Shown: positions 9,501 through 17,469 of the stretch, piece by piece
How positions within the stretch are numbered: the stretch's first letter is position 1
How the letters are laid out: every line of letters starts with the position of its first letter
NCBI GenBank assembly: GCA_050298055.1
Contig: JBNKTL010000001.1
Span: forward strand, 70,979 to 134,978
Reading direction: 5' to 3'
Length of the DNA: 64,000 nt
DNA from: Spirochaetota bacterium
Lineage (GTDB): Bacteria > Spirochaetota > UBA4802 > UBA5550
Notes under the pieces: model-generated
What the model was told of the DNA's origin: nothing
The model's database searches: none
Seen by the model: the letters and a program-made list of their open reading frames with translations, nothing else
Position numbers and translations under genes: made by a program

Positions 9501-11584
9501 CGGTAGTCTTTCCTTATACAGGAATGGATGCGGATATCCATCCCCTCTTTGCCGGAATAGGCGGTATGATGAAGACCATTAACAAGGAGTTTAAGGATAC
9601 GTTTGTGAAAATGGTGGATTTCTCATACAACGATCCGAAGAAAAACTCAGGAAAGATCATCGACCTCTATATGAGAGAACTCCTCTCGGGGGATACACGG
9701 GTAGAGACCGGCTTCCATAAAAAAGAGAAGTATGTAATTTCACTGAAAAAGAAGTCCCCTGAGAAGGGAGAGAGCCTGGTCAGGACCGGGGACACGCTCC
9801 TTGTTACTGGGGGCGCCAGGGGAATTACCTTTGAAATTCTGAAGGAGGTTGTGAAGAAGAACGAAAATCTCAGCCTCATTCTCCTTGGCCGAAGTGATAT
9901 CGAGGCCATTGACAGCGAATACCTGGCCGAAAGCGCCGACGAACAGTTTATCTTTAAATCACTCAAGGAGAAGATGAAGGGGTCAAAACCCCTTGAGATC
10001 AGGAAGGCCACGGAAAAAGCCCTTAATATTAAACAGACCCGGGCGAACCTGGAATTTCTGAGATCCCGGGGCGTAGAGACAATCTACCATTCCGTTGATG
10101 TCTCAAACCGGAAGGCCCTTGCGGATGTTCTCAAGGGACATGAGAAAATCGACGGTATCATTCACGCGGCAGGTGTGGAGATATCCAACTTCATCCCCAA
10201 CAAGGAACTCAGGACCTTCAACCTGGTCTTCGACACAAAGATCACCGGGATGATGAACCTTCTTGAAGTCCTTAAAGAGAGGGACTACAGGTTCCTCATC
10301 GGCTTTTCTTCGGTTGCCGCCAAGTTCGGAAATGAAGGGCAGATAGACTATTCCGGCGGAAATGACATGCTCTGCAAGATGATCATCAGGGAGAGCATCA
10401 GCAACGGCAAGAATGTCAAGATCTTCGACTGGACAGCGTGGAAAGATATCGGAATGGCCACAAACGAGACGGTTAAGAAGGTCCTCATTGAGAACGGGGT
10501 GGAACTCCTTCCCGTGGATGCCGGAGTCAATTTCTTCATGGAAGAACTTAACGACAGCAGCGCCCGGGAGGTGCTTGTTGCCAACACAATGCATGAATTT
10601 GATCCCGACGGGATCTTCCCCGGGGGCAGCGAAAAGGGGGAGAGCTCAAAATTCCCCTTCCTGGGAGAGAAGCTCGAGGAGAGAGACAATTCCGTTGTTT
10701 ACAGCAGAGTGCTTGATATTAAAAACGACAGGTTCCTTCTTCACCATGTCATAGACGAGGTGCCTCTCTTCCTGGGGTCCACGGGAGTTGAAACCATGGC
10801 GGAAGCCGCTGCAACTCTTGCAGGAGAGAGCCGGAAGGTCTTTGAAGTTACGGAATTTGAAATTCCCTACGGAATAAAGATACTGAAGGGAAGACCCAGG
10901 GAGATCCTGGTTGAGGCTGAAAAGGCCCCCGGTGATAAGGAGATGTTCAGGTGTACGATAACCTCTCAGTTCAGGAACACAAAGGGAGAAGTGATGGGCG
11001 ATCCCACATTTCACTACAGGGGGACCTACCGGTTCACGGAAAAGGAAAATGAGGAGATAAAAATTGAGATCCCGAAACTCCCCTCACTGGAATACCAGGG
11101 GGAAGCGGATGATATCATGTACCATCCCCAAAGGCTCTTCATGGATGACCTCTTCAAGACCATCGATGACATGGTTGCCTTTGACGGGAAGACACTTCTC
11201 ACAAAGTTCCATAACAGAAGCAGCAACAAGTACTTTAATCATATCAGTGACCCGGAGCTCCAGACAGATGCCATCCTGGTTGACGGGATGTTCCAGACCG
11301 GGGGACTCCTTGAATTTCTCTCAACAGACGAGGTGGTGCTTCCCTACAGGATCGGAAGCCTGAAGTTCCACAGGGACGTCAATACAAATGATGAATATCT
11401 CTGTATTACGGAAAAATCCTCAAGTGATGAGAAGACCAACAGGTACCAGCTGAAGCTTATAGACAGCCAGGGGAACCTCTTTATCTCCGTTGAAGATTTC
11501 GAGATGATACGTGTGGGGAAACTTCCCGGAGAGTTCCAGATCAGGGACAGGATCAGGATACTGGAAGACGCAAAAGTTAACTGA
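596..11584 (+). CDS. Giant type I PKS / PUFA-synthase-like megasynthase: FabK/nitronate-monooxygenase-like ER x2 - KS - KS(His-less) - AT - KS - ACP - ACP - KR - DH
   Basis: ATG 596 with RBS CAGGAGA. Motifs: PIVQGPM/EAGGH (FabK-like); DAACATS/HGTAT/KSQIGH (KS1); EAECASS (KS2); GQGAQ/GHSVG/GAFH (AT); NAACATT/HETYT/KGYTGH (KS3); LEADLGIDTVK x2 (ACP); GGARGIT/YSGGN (KR); HVIDEVP/DGMFQ (DH). Confidence 0.95.
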   Translation: MIKRILDSKQPVIIYNPPKVFSMDYFRECYRSGALPVFDSEFFSNSEIISILEKVSTEEFLFGIRLKVDNRELVDYLKNTDILNLDVVIFHYNNSEELNTFEFDNPNYKLVLEVIDIDINDTLEKLLPHALILKGNEAPGKVSKFTSMILLQYYREKTEFPVIIHGGVGFHTAPGIFAAGASGIVLDNQLYLTDEAPLSDNFKEVISSLKESDTQLIGDSLNQKYRYRFFAKLGTKVVKDLKEEESRLKGNSAQADKLYTKICDKIESMDNSSANTLQSLFYLGQDSVFSKHFVRETKKLQLVIRNLFLSIGEALESIDEYDPLVADSEMAKEHNTKYPIVQGPMANINDNPEFAKKVFEAGGLPFFAMGNLPEDLADNILKNGSELFGNFGAGLIGTPDINRSFEGHLKSVKKYGVKFALIAVGIPSYVNKLESEGTKTYLHTPALQMLENAMNNNCNRFIFEGKEAGGHIGTLTSFVLWEIGIEKLINEPDEVLSNKSVLFAGGIASKTGSHFISGMSSPLAKRGVKVGIQAGTPYLLTEEILETGALKKLYQDLLIERNITTVIGKTVGLSTRTVVSPFSEKMLEKEYQMIMEKVPLGERKEYFEGRNVGSLLIAAKAYIPDFKKLKEAGKLEYINYNDEDHYEKGNFHTGESIAFFNSQIKIEDIHNAYFEEKKNLSSNLNMLEIYSGEKNEIADEIAVVGMACTFPDADSPEKFWENIVSKKYSIREVPVERFDNSLYYSEDRNEEDKSYSKIAGVIDYFDFDYKKYGYKKTEAKHLSRSQQMILDTAMKAVDNAGYLKVKKLPKDKTSVIIGTCLGNEFGDDMYLLIYHPEIRYHLEKNEEYNKLSNSDKELLLEELKKGMAKGFNPKLPDGAALNAEASRIAKHLEIEGINYTIDAACATSLAALDNAKRELLSGESDAVIVGGIHTNLGPETFVGFAKMGALSGKGSFPFDDRAGGFVIGEGAGVLVLKRMKDAIRDGDTIHAVIKGIGSSSDGKGKAIAAPKPEGQGFAVTRAFEDTKSGITTGDVGFIEAHGTATLMGDSTEVKNLINTYKTNSPIGISSIKSQIGHLLGGAGAAGMIKAILALKNKTLPPNGQFETPSTKFNLENTPFFVVTDATEWKVDEGKTRIAGVSSFGFGGINYHVLMEEYTENYRPVKREIFRNPEYDFNDDRIVIAGLGVVLPGADNIDDFWKNLESGKNVITEIPDSRFHNEYYAREKDPILHIPKIKSGVVNDYKFNNLKYKIPPSIQNSIDRVQCFAIDSATQAIEQAGIKDTFTNGNNTGIIIGTSSGEKHIENIFRTRIPFVKKLINSLKGIDSAQLKKISDGLEISLKERYDRNSEDTIPGLLSNIVSGRIANFYNANGANYTIEAECASSAVGIHLAMKTLRSKKADYMIAGGADTNLAPANLMAYQMIKVLSPGENKIFDNTSSGVIMSEGAAVMVLTTYKKAREANMDIISELSDFSWRSYAHENFLAPTTAGFTKTLDRFYKKSPFSRKQVDYIDVFASSHPAVDAWERDAIEKSFVKDIYFGNIKPETGYFRSANPAVVLTKLALMAKNRKILPNFSFSEKNTIIPKDSKIRAASLSTDLSGRDSINLAANFSGLGGNHAHTIIRTLPSRFIKSAARTLTAAAKAAAPEALPDSAAAGKEKVAALLSGQGAQHAGMMKELYDKYPVIREIMDRGEKIFREARGYSLLEMMFGENKAINSTENTQPAIFLSSAALYDSLKKKGFQPDYMIGHSVGEFTALYCSGVLGFEDAFRLILKRSEMMKEASETVPGSIMVAFASPGDIEKLIKKSGLNNVYLANKNSENQTAVSGGVEEIDKFCSFLKGEKVQFRKLDLSGAFHTPLFQKAADGLKDYIRDLTFNTTDYSRVISNVTAKSYPDDPRAIKELLVKQLISPVEFIQSVENLSKLGVKHFMEIGPNRILTNLLKNIRIKNYGSMPSVDPKKGQLDSFEAFTGYLEENSLITPEKPQVAEPVPVAAVQTGAFRGEMALPASGDAGFDSFLRDNKDHVNSILYKEYQYNRALRMMESLDRFNFYTGRIVISGVSIGLPGKGRHVFEENNFDRVLAGENCIDPISQKDKENMIKKNITRIFKQPDGSARFQDITSTEDVIHLAGQLGYFDLKEDYGIDYDYDITYGLAIAAGIEALKDAGIPLVMNYQKTTTGSLIKKGYSLPKEMQEGTGVIFSSVFSSFETLINEIYGYNKDQFYKNVYKDFESLYYFLMETVPDARVKEKVTDWFFNLKEEVKGHEEYKYDRNLLMNLIQMGAPFFAQYIKAKGPNTQLNAACATTTQAAGVAEDWIRMGRCERVIIIGGEAPTTEVQNEWITAGFLAVGAATVKKTVKEAAKPFDKSRNGMIVGSGAVAMIVEREDSVRERGFNGQAELLGTYIKNSAFHPTRLDVDHITHEMKYFMESMKRAHGLEDNYADSLLFMSHETYTPARGGSADAEISALQNTFPDNYKNILITNTKGYTGHLLGVAVEDAILVKALQKGIAPPIANLTDIPDNFKGLKFSRGEKNSYRYGVHFSAGFGSQFALMFIRRIEEKNKENNPVYTAWLQRITGMTNPQLKIINRTLCIDSDPAAPAVKPREIPATAVKETAAPGPSAPPAAGIDSAAILKKVQDIIASQTGYTMDMLEEGLDLEADLGIDTVKQVEIFGLISSEYDLEVPEDLKLSELNTISKIVGYVGGKVTLAAPAAQTAAGADTSGILNKVQDIIASQTGYTVDMLEEGLDLEADLGIDTVKQVEIFGLISSEYDLEVPEDLKLSELNTITKIVGYIGRKVTVAAPAASTGKPGSEQTVSPAAGQQSGPGTISRFAVEAVKTKMISEEKNIFENKTILVSPDKQGFSKKLIAEIEKRKGKAVTIGKGKDHEIKCDFSKLDDVENAVRTVIEKHPEISGFIHLLPLDNYFGKRALNENEINTSVKSLFIMVKGLAEKLNGPGSIISSLSFDSVVFPYTGMDADIHPLFAGIGGMMKTINKEFKDTFVKMVDFSYNDPKKNSGKIIDLYMRELLSGDTRVETGFHKKEKYVISLKKKSPEKGESLVRTGDTLLVTGGARGITFEILKEVVKKNENLSLILLGRSDIEAIDSEYLAESADEQFIFKSLKEKMKGSKPLEIRKATEKALNIKQTRANLEFLRSRGVETIYHSVDVSNRKALADVLKGHEKIDGIIHAAGVEISNFIPNKELRTFNLVFDTKITGMMNLLEVLKERDYRFLIGFSSVAAKFGNEGQIDYSGGNDMLCKMIIRESISNGKNVKIFDWTAWKDIGMATNETVKKVLIENGVELLPVDAGVNFFMEELNDSSAREVLVANTMHEFDPDGIFPGGSEKGESSKFPFLGEKLEERDNSVVYSRVLDIKNDRFLLHHVIDEVPLFLGSTGVETMAEAAATLAGESRKVFEVTEFEIPYGIKILKGRPREILVEAEKAPGDKEMFRCTITSQFRNTKGEVMGDPTFHYRGTYRFTEKENEEIKIEIPKLPSLEYQGEADDIMYHPQRLFMDDLFKTIDDMVAFDGKTLLTKFHNRSSNKYFNHISDPELQTDAILVDGMFQTGGLLEFLSTDEVVLPYRIGSLKFHRDVNTNDEYLCITEKSSSDEKTNRYQLKLIDSQGNLFISVEDFEMIRVGKLPGEFQIRDRIRILEDAKVN
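8501..8980 (+). repeat. Tandem near-identical ACP-coding repeat, period 276 bp
   Basis: AAGGTGCAGGATATTATCGCCTCACAGACAGG starts at 8501 and again at 8777; differences are mostly synonymous. Confidence 0.95.
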
Positions 11585-11595
11585 GAATTTTTTCT

Positions 11596-11631
11596 GTTAA
11601 GAGGCGAAACGATAACGTTTCGCCTCTTAAC
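11596..11631. terminator. Perfect 16-bp hairpin right after the PKS stop; probable terminator or stabiliser
   Basis: GTTAAGAGGCGAAACG-ataa-CGTTTCGCCTCTTAAC between convergent genes; no classical U-tract. Confidence 0.7.
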
Positions 11632-11827
11632 GATATAAATCGCTCCCGGAGAGAAGAGGGACAAAACGAAAGTAACCGCAGCGGGTAATCTTTAAACCTC
11701 TTTTCCTTTTGATTCCCTTCAGCATTCTTTGTGATCCAATTCCCACGGGGACAACAATAATGCCCCCGAGCTTCAGCTGTTTCTCCCAGCTTTCACGTAT
11801 CTCGTCCGTAGCGCCGGATATCGCTGA
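11627..11827 (-). pseudogene. pcm: C-terminal fragment of a protein-L-isoaspartate O-methyltransferase-like gene
   Basis: Manual translation: SAISGATDEIRESWEKQLKLGGIIVVPVGIGSQRMLKGIKRKRGLKITRCGYFRFVPLL, matching the Pcm C-terminal pattern QLxxGGxxVxPVG...FVPL; in-frame TGA directly upstream and no SAM-binding N-terminus. Confidence 0.7.
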
Positions 11828-11958
11828 TCATTGAATCCATATAAGTCTCAATTCGGGACACCGGGATGAATCCTCAATAATTTTCAACCTGATATTATCA
11901 ACTGTTCTCTTAAACCATACATGATTAACCCGTTTTCGTCAAATATTTCTGAAGGCGA

Positions 11959-12042
11959 AAAACATAACCGATAAGTCCCCCTATCAACCGTAGCGGGGCG
12001 GGGACATCTTTTTGATATTTTGGCATATAGCTGAGTCGTTAC
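11959..12042. repeat. Partial copy of dispersed MITE-like element
   Basis: AAAACATAACCGATAAGTCCCC...GCGGGGACATCTTTTTGATATTTT matches 31131-31188; ends in CTGAGTCGTTAC. Confidence 0.75.
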
Positions 12043-12137
12043 CCATTATCTTTCTTTTTTAAAATTCAGAAAATGATTGATTAACCATGAAAAGTCTGTT
12101 AGTATTTTAAAAATTTTCGTCTCTGGATGGAATTAGA

Positions 12138-13376
12138 ATGAAAGAGAAAACCGTCTTTCCTGACACATCTACTCCGGGAGAAATAAAGGGTACCGGCTGG
12201 CTCATGGCATTCACTGGTTCGGCCATTAATATCATACTTGGATCATGGTATTCCTGGAGCGTAATCGGAAAGGCGGTAAGCAAAGAATGGGGGTGGTCAG
12301 CGGCGCAAAGCGGCCTTCCCTTCGCCCTGCTTACCATGAGTTTCTCAATAACAATGATCTTTGCCGGGCGGCTGCAGGACAGGGCGGGCCCCCGGCTGGT
12401 GGCCATAGCCGGCGGGCTGCTCATGGGGGGCGCCATGTTTCTCTGTTCCTTTTCTCAGGACCCCCTGACCATTGCCTTCACCTACGGAATCCTGGGAGGG
12501 GCCGGTGTGGCAGTGGGCCACTCGGGGACTGTGCCGGCGGCAATAAAATGGGCACCGCCGGAACGGAAAGGTCTTGCAGCGGGGATCGTGGTAGCAGGTG
12601 TAGGCCTGGCCGCTGTTTTCATGACCCCGCTGACTCATCTGTTATTGATAAATTTCGGAATACCGTGGACATTTCGCATACTGGGAATTGTAATCGGCTT
12701 TCTGGTCCCTCTTCTGGGAATCTTATTGCGCAATCCCCCGGAAGGATTTCACCCTGTACAGAAGAAGGAAGCTGCCCTTAGCGGCACAGCCGCGGTCCGC
12801 GATCGGAACTGGCTGGAGGTCCTGAAGACACCTCAGTTTTACGGGACCTGGTTCATGTTTTTACTCTCTGCATCTCCGGCTCTCATGGTCATTGCTAACT
12901 CCGTGCAGATCCTCAGTATTCCAGAAGAACAGGTATTCAATCCTGTTGTGGCGCCGATTATTGTGGTATCATTCAGCGCAGGAGGACGGCTTATTTCTGG
13001 GTATGTATCGGACCGGATCGGACGGAGAATGACCCTCGTGGCAGTTTTTTCCATCCAGGCTCTCAATGTGGCCGGTCTCTCATTTTATGAGTCACAGATA
13101 CCGCTTATGGCGGCCTTTGCGCTGGCCGGTCTCCTCTACGGAGCGTTTTTCCCCCTTCTGCCTACAATAATGTCGGATTTTTACGGTCTGAAACATCTGG
13201 GAGTAAACTACGGGATCATCGGTACGGCTTTTGGCACAGCAGGTGTCCTGGGAACACAGCTGGGAGGCTATATTAAAGAACTCCTTCTGAGCTATGATCC
13301 CGCTTACTGGATTTTTTCCGGAACGCTCTGTGTTGCCGCCCTGCTGGCGTTTATCATACACAAGCCCCGAAATTGA
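12138..13376 (+). CDS. MFS transporter, OFA (oxalate/formate antiporter-like) family
   Basis: About 12 hydrophobic segments; motif A GRLQDRAGPR and GYVSDRIGRR; KWAPPERKGLAAG. Confidence 0.9.
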   Translation: MKEKTVFPDTSTPGEIKGTGWLMAFTGSAINIILGSWYSWSVIGKAVSKEWGWSAAQSGLPFALLTMSFSITMIFAGRLQDRAGPRLVAIAGGLLMGGAMFLCSFSQDPLTIAFTYGILGGAGVAVGHSGTVPAAIKWAPPERKGLAAGIVVAGVGLAAVFMTPLTHLLLINFGIPWTFRILGIVIGFLVPLLGILLRNPPEGFHPVQKKEAALSGTAAVRDRNWLEVLKTPQFYGTWFMFLLSASPALMVIANSVQILSIPEEQVFNPVVAPIIVVSFSAGGRLISGYVSDRIGRRMTLVAVFSIQALNVAGLSFYESQIPLMAAFALAGLLYGAFFPLLPTIMSDFYGLKHLGVNYGIIGTAFGTAGVLGTQLGGYIKELLLSYDPAYWIFSGTLCVAALLAFIIHKPRN

Positions 13377-13519
13377 CCCTGTGGGGGATACAATGCTCAT
13401 TATTATCATAGAGAGGTAAAACCGGTTTCGTCAAGGTTTGAGTTGAGTAAAGAACTGATCTATTGTTTCACCTGTCTCAGGCCTGTTTAAAAATTGTCTT
13501 CCTGGAGTGCAGCAGCCGA

Positions 13520-16471
13520 ATGAAAGAAACCACTATTCAAATTATAAACGAAATCAATAATATCTTTTTAAGCGTACAGGATGACAATATCTACAACCAG
13601 GTTCTGGGACGGGTAAAGGACTTTTTTAAAAGCAGTTTCGGAGTATTCGGATATATCGCTGAAAACGGCGACATTGTTTTTCCCGGCCTCACTGACGAGA
13701 CAGGGGACCGGTGTGAGGTCGCCGACAGGTCAATTGTTTTCCCCGCGAAAACCCGTGGGGACAGCCTCTGGGGAAGGGCCATACGGGAAAAGAGATCATT
13801 TCATTCCACCGGCCCCTTTAAGACCCCCGAAGGACATCTCCGGATTAAAAATTTTCTCACATCACCTATTATTTACAGGGATGCAGTCATCGGGCTGATA
13901 TCGTTGGCAAACCGTGAACCGGGCTATACCGATACCGAAAGGGAACAGCTGGAAAGTATCTGCAGATTTATATCTCCCATCCTGAATGTCAGGCTTCAGA
14001 GGGACCGAATCTCCAGGGAACAGGCGGAAACCGAAAAGACTCTGAGCCTGACTCAGCTCCAGCTAAATACACTGGTTAATAATATTCCCTATCTTATTGC
14101 CCGCTTTGACAGTGGAGTCCGCTACCTCTTCGTAAATGACGCGGTAACCGGGGAGTTCGGGTCCCCCCGGGAAGAATTTTTGGGGAAGTCGGTCCGGGAG
14201 TTTCCCCGTGGGGGACCTTCCCGAATGGGTGAAATCTTTTACCAACAGATAAAACAGGTTTTTGAAACCGGTGAAACTGTCCGGTATGAAGCCGCATGGG
14301 AGGGAGAAAAGGGTGAACGGCAGTATAATGTCCGTCATATACCGGAAATCGACAACAGGGGGAATGTTGCAAGCGTCCTGAGCATTGCCCATAGCATTAC
14401 AGAGAGCAAAATTCTGGAAGAGAAGCTCAGACTCAGGGAACAGGAATACCGGACCCTGGTGGAGAACTTTCCAGACTTTATTGTCCGGTACAACAGGGAG
14501 ATGCGGCGAACCTATGTAAATCCCGCCTGGGAAAGGGAAAGCGGCCTTACGGCAAATGAAGTGGTTAATGTGCCGGTGGAGAGAATTCCCAAAGTCCCCA
14601 ACCCTACAGTTGAGGAATATGTACGGAGACTGAACAAAGTACTGGAGACAGGAAGCACTGAAAAAATGGATTTCCCCTGGATAAACGCCAGAGGGGAGAC
14701 GCTTTTTCTTGAATATACCTTAATACCGGAATATGACCCGCAGGGGAGAATTTCCGGGGCGCTCTCCATCGGACATGACATAACAGAACGGAAAAAGATC
14801 GAAAAGGAACGCCTGGCCAATCTCAGGTTCTTTGAAGGGATGGATGCCATCAACAGGGCCATTCATGGGACCGGCGACCCGGATGAGATGATGAGGGAAG
14901 TCCTGGAAGAAGTTGTCAGGATATTTGAGTGTGACCGGGCATTTCTTCTTCACCCCTGCGATCCCCATGGGGAATTCTGGGGGATACCAATGGTTGTGAC
15001 AGCACCGGGTCTTTCGAAGGACGATTTCAGGGGGGATAATATTCCCCTGGACCCCGATGTTTCCCTTGTGATGCGGACGGTCTTGGAATCAAAAGCTCCC
15101 GTGAGGTTCGATACTGAGTCGAAAATTCAACTGCCGGAAAATTTTTCACAGAGGTTCGGCATAAAATCCTCCCTTGCCATGACCATTCATCCCGTCAATC
15201 ATAAACCGTGGCAGTTGGGACTGCACCACTGCTCAACAGAACGGACCTTGACCCGTGAAGAGGAACGTCTTTTCCGGGAGATCGGAAACCGGCTGTCTGA
15301 CGGTCTCGCAAATTTACTCATATACCGGAACCTGCAGGAAAGCGAAAACCGGTACAGGAGAATTACGGAAGGTCTTACCGATTTCCAGTATACGGCAAAA
15401 ATCAAAGAAGGGGATATTACGGAAACAATTCACAGCCCGGTCTGCGAAACAGTAACGGGCTACACCGCCGAAGAGTATGCTGCCGATCCTTCTCTTCTCT
15501 TCCGGATAATTTTTCCCGATGACCTTGAGATGGTCCGGGAAAATTACCGGCAGTTACTGGCAGGGAATGGGGTCCCTCCCCTGGAGCACCGAATCATCCG
15601 CAAAGACGGGAAAGTGCGCTGGGTCAGCCATGTAAGGCTCCCTTACAGAGATCCCACCGGCAGGCTTCTGGCCTATGACGGGGTCATTAAAGACATCACT
15701 CTCCGAAAACAGGCCGAGGAAGAGGTCCGCCTGCTCAACCGGGAACTGGAGGAGCGTGTGACAAAACGAACTATCCAGTATGAAGAGGCAAACAGGGAAC
15801 TGGAATCATTTGCCTATTCTGTCTCCCATGATCTGCGGGCCCCCCTGCGCCATATCAGCGGATTCCTGGATCTTTTTATGAAAAATGCGGATATGGAAAA
15901 GGAATTTGATCAGAAGAACCGGAATTACCTCACGAACATTTCACAGGCGGCAGTGAAAATGGGCAAGCTTATCGACGACCTCCTCTCCTTTTCCCGGATG
16001 GGCCGTCAGGAAATTATTTTTCAGGAAGCTGACCTGGAGAAAATAACAGAGAGTGTTATCAGGGAAGTGGAACCCGATACCGCCGAAAGAAATATCCGGT
16101 GGCAGATCACCGGCCTCCCCGTTGTCAGAGGGGACATCTCCCTGCTGCGGATTGTCATGGTGAACCTTATCTCCAACGCCCTGAAATTTACCCGCCCCAG
16201 GGAACAGGCAGTCATTGAAGTGGGCTGTGAATCCAGGGGAGATGAGACCGTTGTATTTGTCCGCGACAACGGCGTTGGTTTTGATAAGGAATATACCGAT
16301 AAAATATTCGGTGTTTTTCAGCGACTGCACCGTGAAGATGAATTTGAGGGGAGTGGCGTTGGGCTTTCCATGGTCCAGAGGATCGTCCACCGCCACGGGG
16401 GTAAGATCTGGGCCGACGGTGAAGTTGACAGGGGTGCCGTTTTTTATTTCTCACTGCCGGACTCAACTTAA
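13520..16471 (+). CDS. Cytoplasmic sensor histidine kinase (GAF-PAS-PAS-GAF-PAS-HisKA-HATPase)
   Basis: H-box SHDLRAPLRH, N-box NLISNALKF, DNGVGF, GSGVGL; PAS ends (HDITERK, KDITLRK); start at ATG 13520 inferred. Confidence 0.92.
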   Translation: MKETTIQIINEINNIFLSVQDDNIYNQVLGRVKDFFKSSFGVFGYIAENGDIVFPGLTDETGDRCEVADRSIVFPAKTRGDSLWGRAIREKRSFHSTGPFKTPEGHLRIKNFLTSPIIYRDAVIGLISLANREPGYTDTEREQLESICRFISPILNVRLQRDRISREQAETEKTLSLTQLQLNTLVNNIPYLIARFDSGVRYLFVNDAVTGEFGSPREEFLGKSVREFPRGGPSRMGEIFYQQIKQVFETGETVRYEAAWEGEKGERQYNVRHIPEIDNRGNVASVLSIAHSITESKILEEKLRLREQEYRTLVENFPDFIVRYNREMRRTYVNPAWERESGLTANEVVNVPVERIPKVPNPTVEEYVRRLNKVLETGSTEKMDFPWINARGETLFLEYTLIPEYDPQGRISGALSIGHDITERKKIEKERLANLRFFEGMDAINRAIHGTGDPDEMMREVLEEVVRIFECDRAFLLHPCDPHGEFWGIPMVVTAPGLSKDDFRGDNIPLDPDVSLVMRTVLESKAPVRFDTESKIQLPENFSQRFGIKSSLAMTIHPVNHKPWQLGLHHCSTERTLTREEERLFREIGNRLSDGLANLLIYRNLQESENRYRRITEGLTDFQYTAKIKEGDITETIHSPVCETVTGYTAEEYAADPSLLFRIIFPDDLEMVRENYRQLLAGNGVPPLEHRIIRKDGKVRWVSHVRLPYRDPTGRLLAYDGVIKDITLRKQAEEEVRLLNRELEERVTKRTIQYEEANRELESFAYSVSHDLRAPLRHISGFLDLFMKNADMEKEFDQKNRNYLTNISQAAVKMGKLIDDLLSFSRMGRQEIIFQEADLEKITESVIREVEPDTAERNIRWQITGLPVVRGDISLLRIVMVNLISNALKFTRPREQAVIEVGCESRGDETVVFVRDNGVGFDKEYTDKIFGVFQRLHREDEFEGSGVGLSMVQRIVHRHGGKIWADGEVDRGAVFYFSLPDST

Positions 16472-16726
16472 AAACCGGTAAGCCTGATCACCTCTCCCCT
16501 TTCCCGGTTCGCTATCCACAAGAATTTTACCGCCATGCTTTTCTGCAAATTCCTTACAGAGAGAAAGATTCCCGGAAAATTCTACGGGAATATCAATGGT
16601 AAAGTCAGCCAAATCCCGCTTCGACTCCATGGACGGCAGATAGTCATTGATCACATAGACATATTTTGTATCCGGATGGATCGCCAGGGCCGCTGTCAGT
16701 GTAGCGCGAATATCGAAAGCTTCCAC
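16463..16726 (-). pseudogene. Internally deleted histidine kinase remnant
   Basis: Sensor-like segment (DIRATLTAALAIHPDTKYVYVIND) joined directly to a HATPase tail (LSLCKEFAEKHGGKILVDSEPGKG). Confidence 0.7.
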
Positions 16727-16809
16727 TACATGGGCCTTCTGCTTTCCCAGTTGCTGTATCCAGTATACCCATTTATTAAGTGATCAACGGTCAATTAAAA
16801 GATAAAAAA

Positions 16810-17469
16810 TTACTTCCAGCCTCTCAGCAAAATGCTCATGATCTCCCTGAATGTCTCAATAAAATCAATATCAAGAAATTCCAATCCGGGTGTTTTATAA
16901 ACACGTCTCGCTGTTTCAGAGGGCTCAGCCATGGGATAGAGCCCCGCTGTAAAATAAAAAGCGTAGTTATACAGCTTAATGCCGTCAAAAGGTTTGAAGT
17001 TGGGGATAATCTCATCGAGGAGTTTTCCCGTTGGCAGTGCCCTCTGAAAAACAAATTTCTTATGGGCAAGCAGAACATCAAAGTCAACATTACGGTTAAG
17101 CACTCCTCCCACAATCGAAACAAAACGACTAAATGTATCGTTCCCGCCAAATGATTGTATCATAATTTCCACTAATTCATCCACATTAAAATCATCGGGA
17201 CTGTGAGTCTTTTGATATTCAAGAAGCATGGAGTCAAAACGGTCATGCCACCTGCCTAATTCTTCCTGTGCACAGGAAAGAAAGAGTTCCTCCTTTGTTT
17301 TAAAGTAAAAAAAAACGGTGCCCTTTGCCATACCGGCCTTCCGGGCAACCTCCTGCATGCTGATTTCATGAAAGTCAAAATTTTCAAAAAGCTCCCGCGC
17401 CGACCGGATTATGACGTTTTTTCTTAACGCTTTTTGCTCTTCGCTGTTAGCTTTTGTTTCAAGTGCCAT
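16810..17469 (-). CDS. TetR/AcrR family transcriptional regulator
   Basis: ISMQEVARKAGMAKGTVFFYFKTKEELF HTH; GGAG RBS. Confidence 0.92.
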   Translation of the reverse strand: MALETKANSEEQKALRKNVIIRSARELFENFDFHEISMQEVARKAGMAKGTVFFYFKTKEELFLSCAQEELGRWHDRFDSMLLEYQKTHSPDDFNVDELVEIMIQSFGGNDTFSRFVSIVGGVLNRNVDFDVLLAHKKFVFQRALPTGKLLDEIIPNFKPFDGIKLYNYAFYFTAGLYPMAEPSETARRVYKTPGLEFLDIDFIETFREIMSILLRGWK

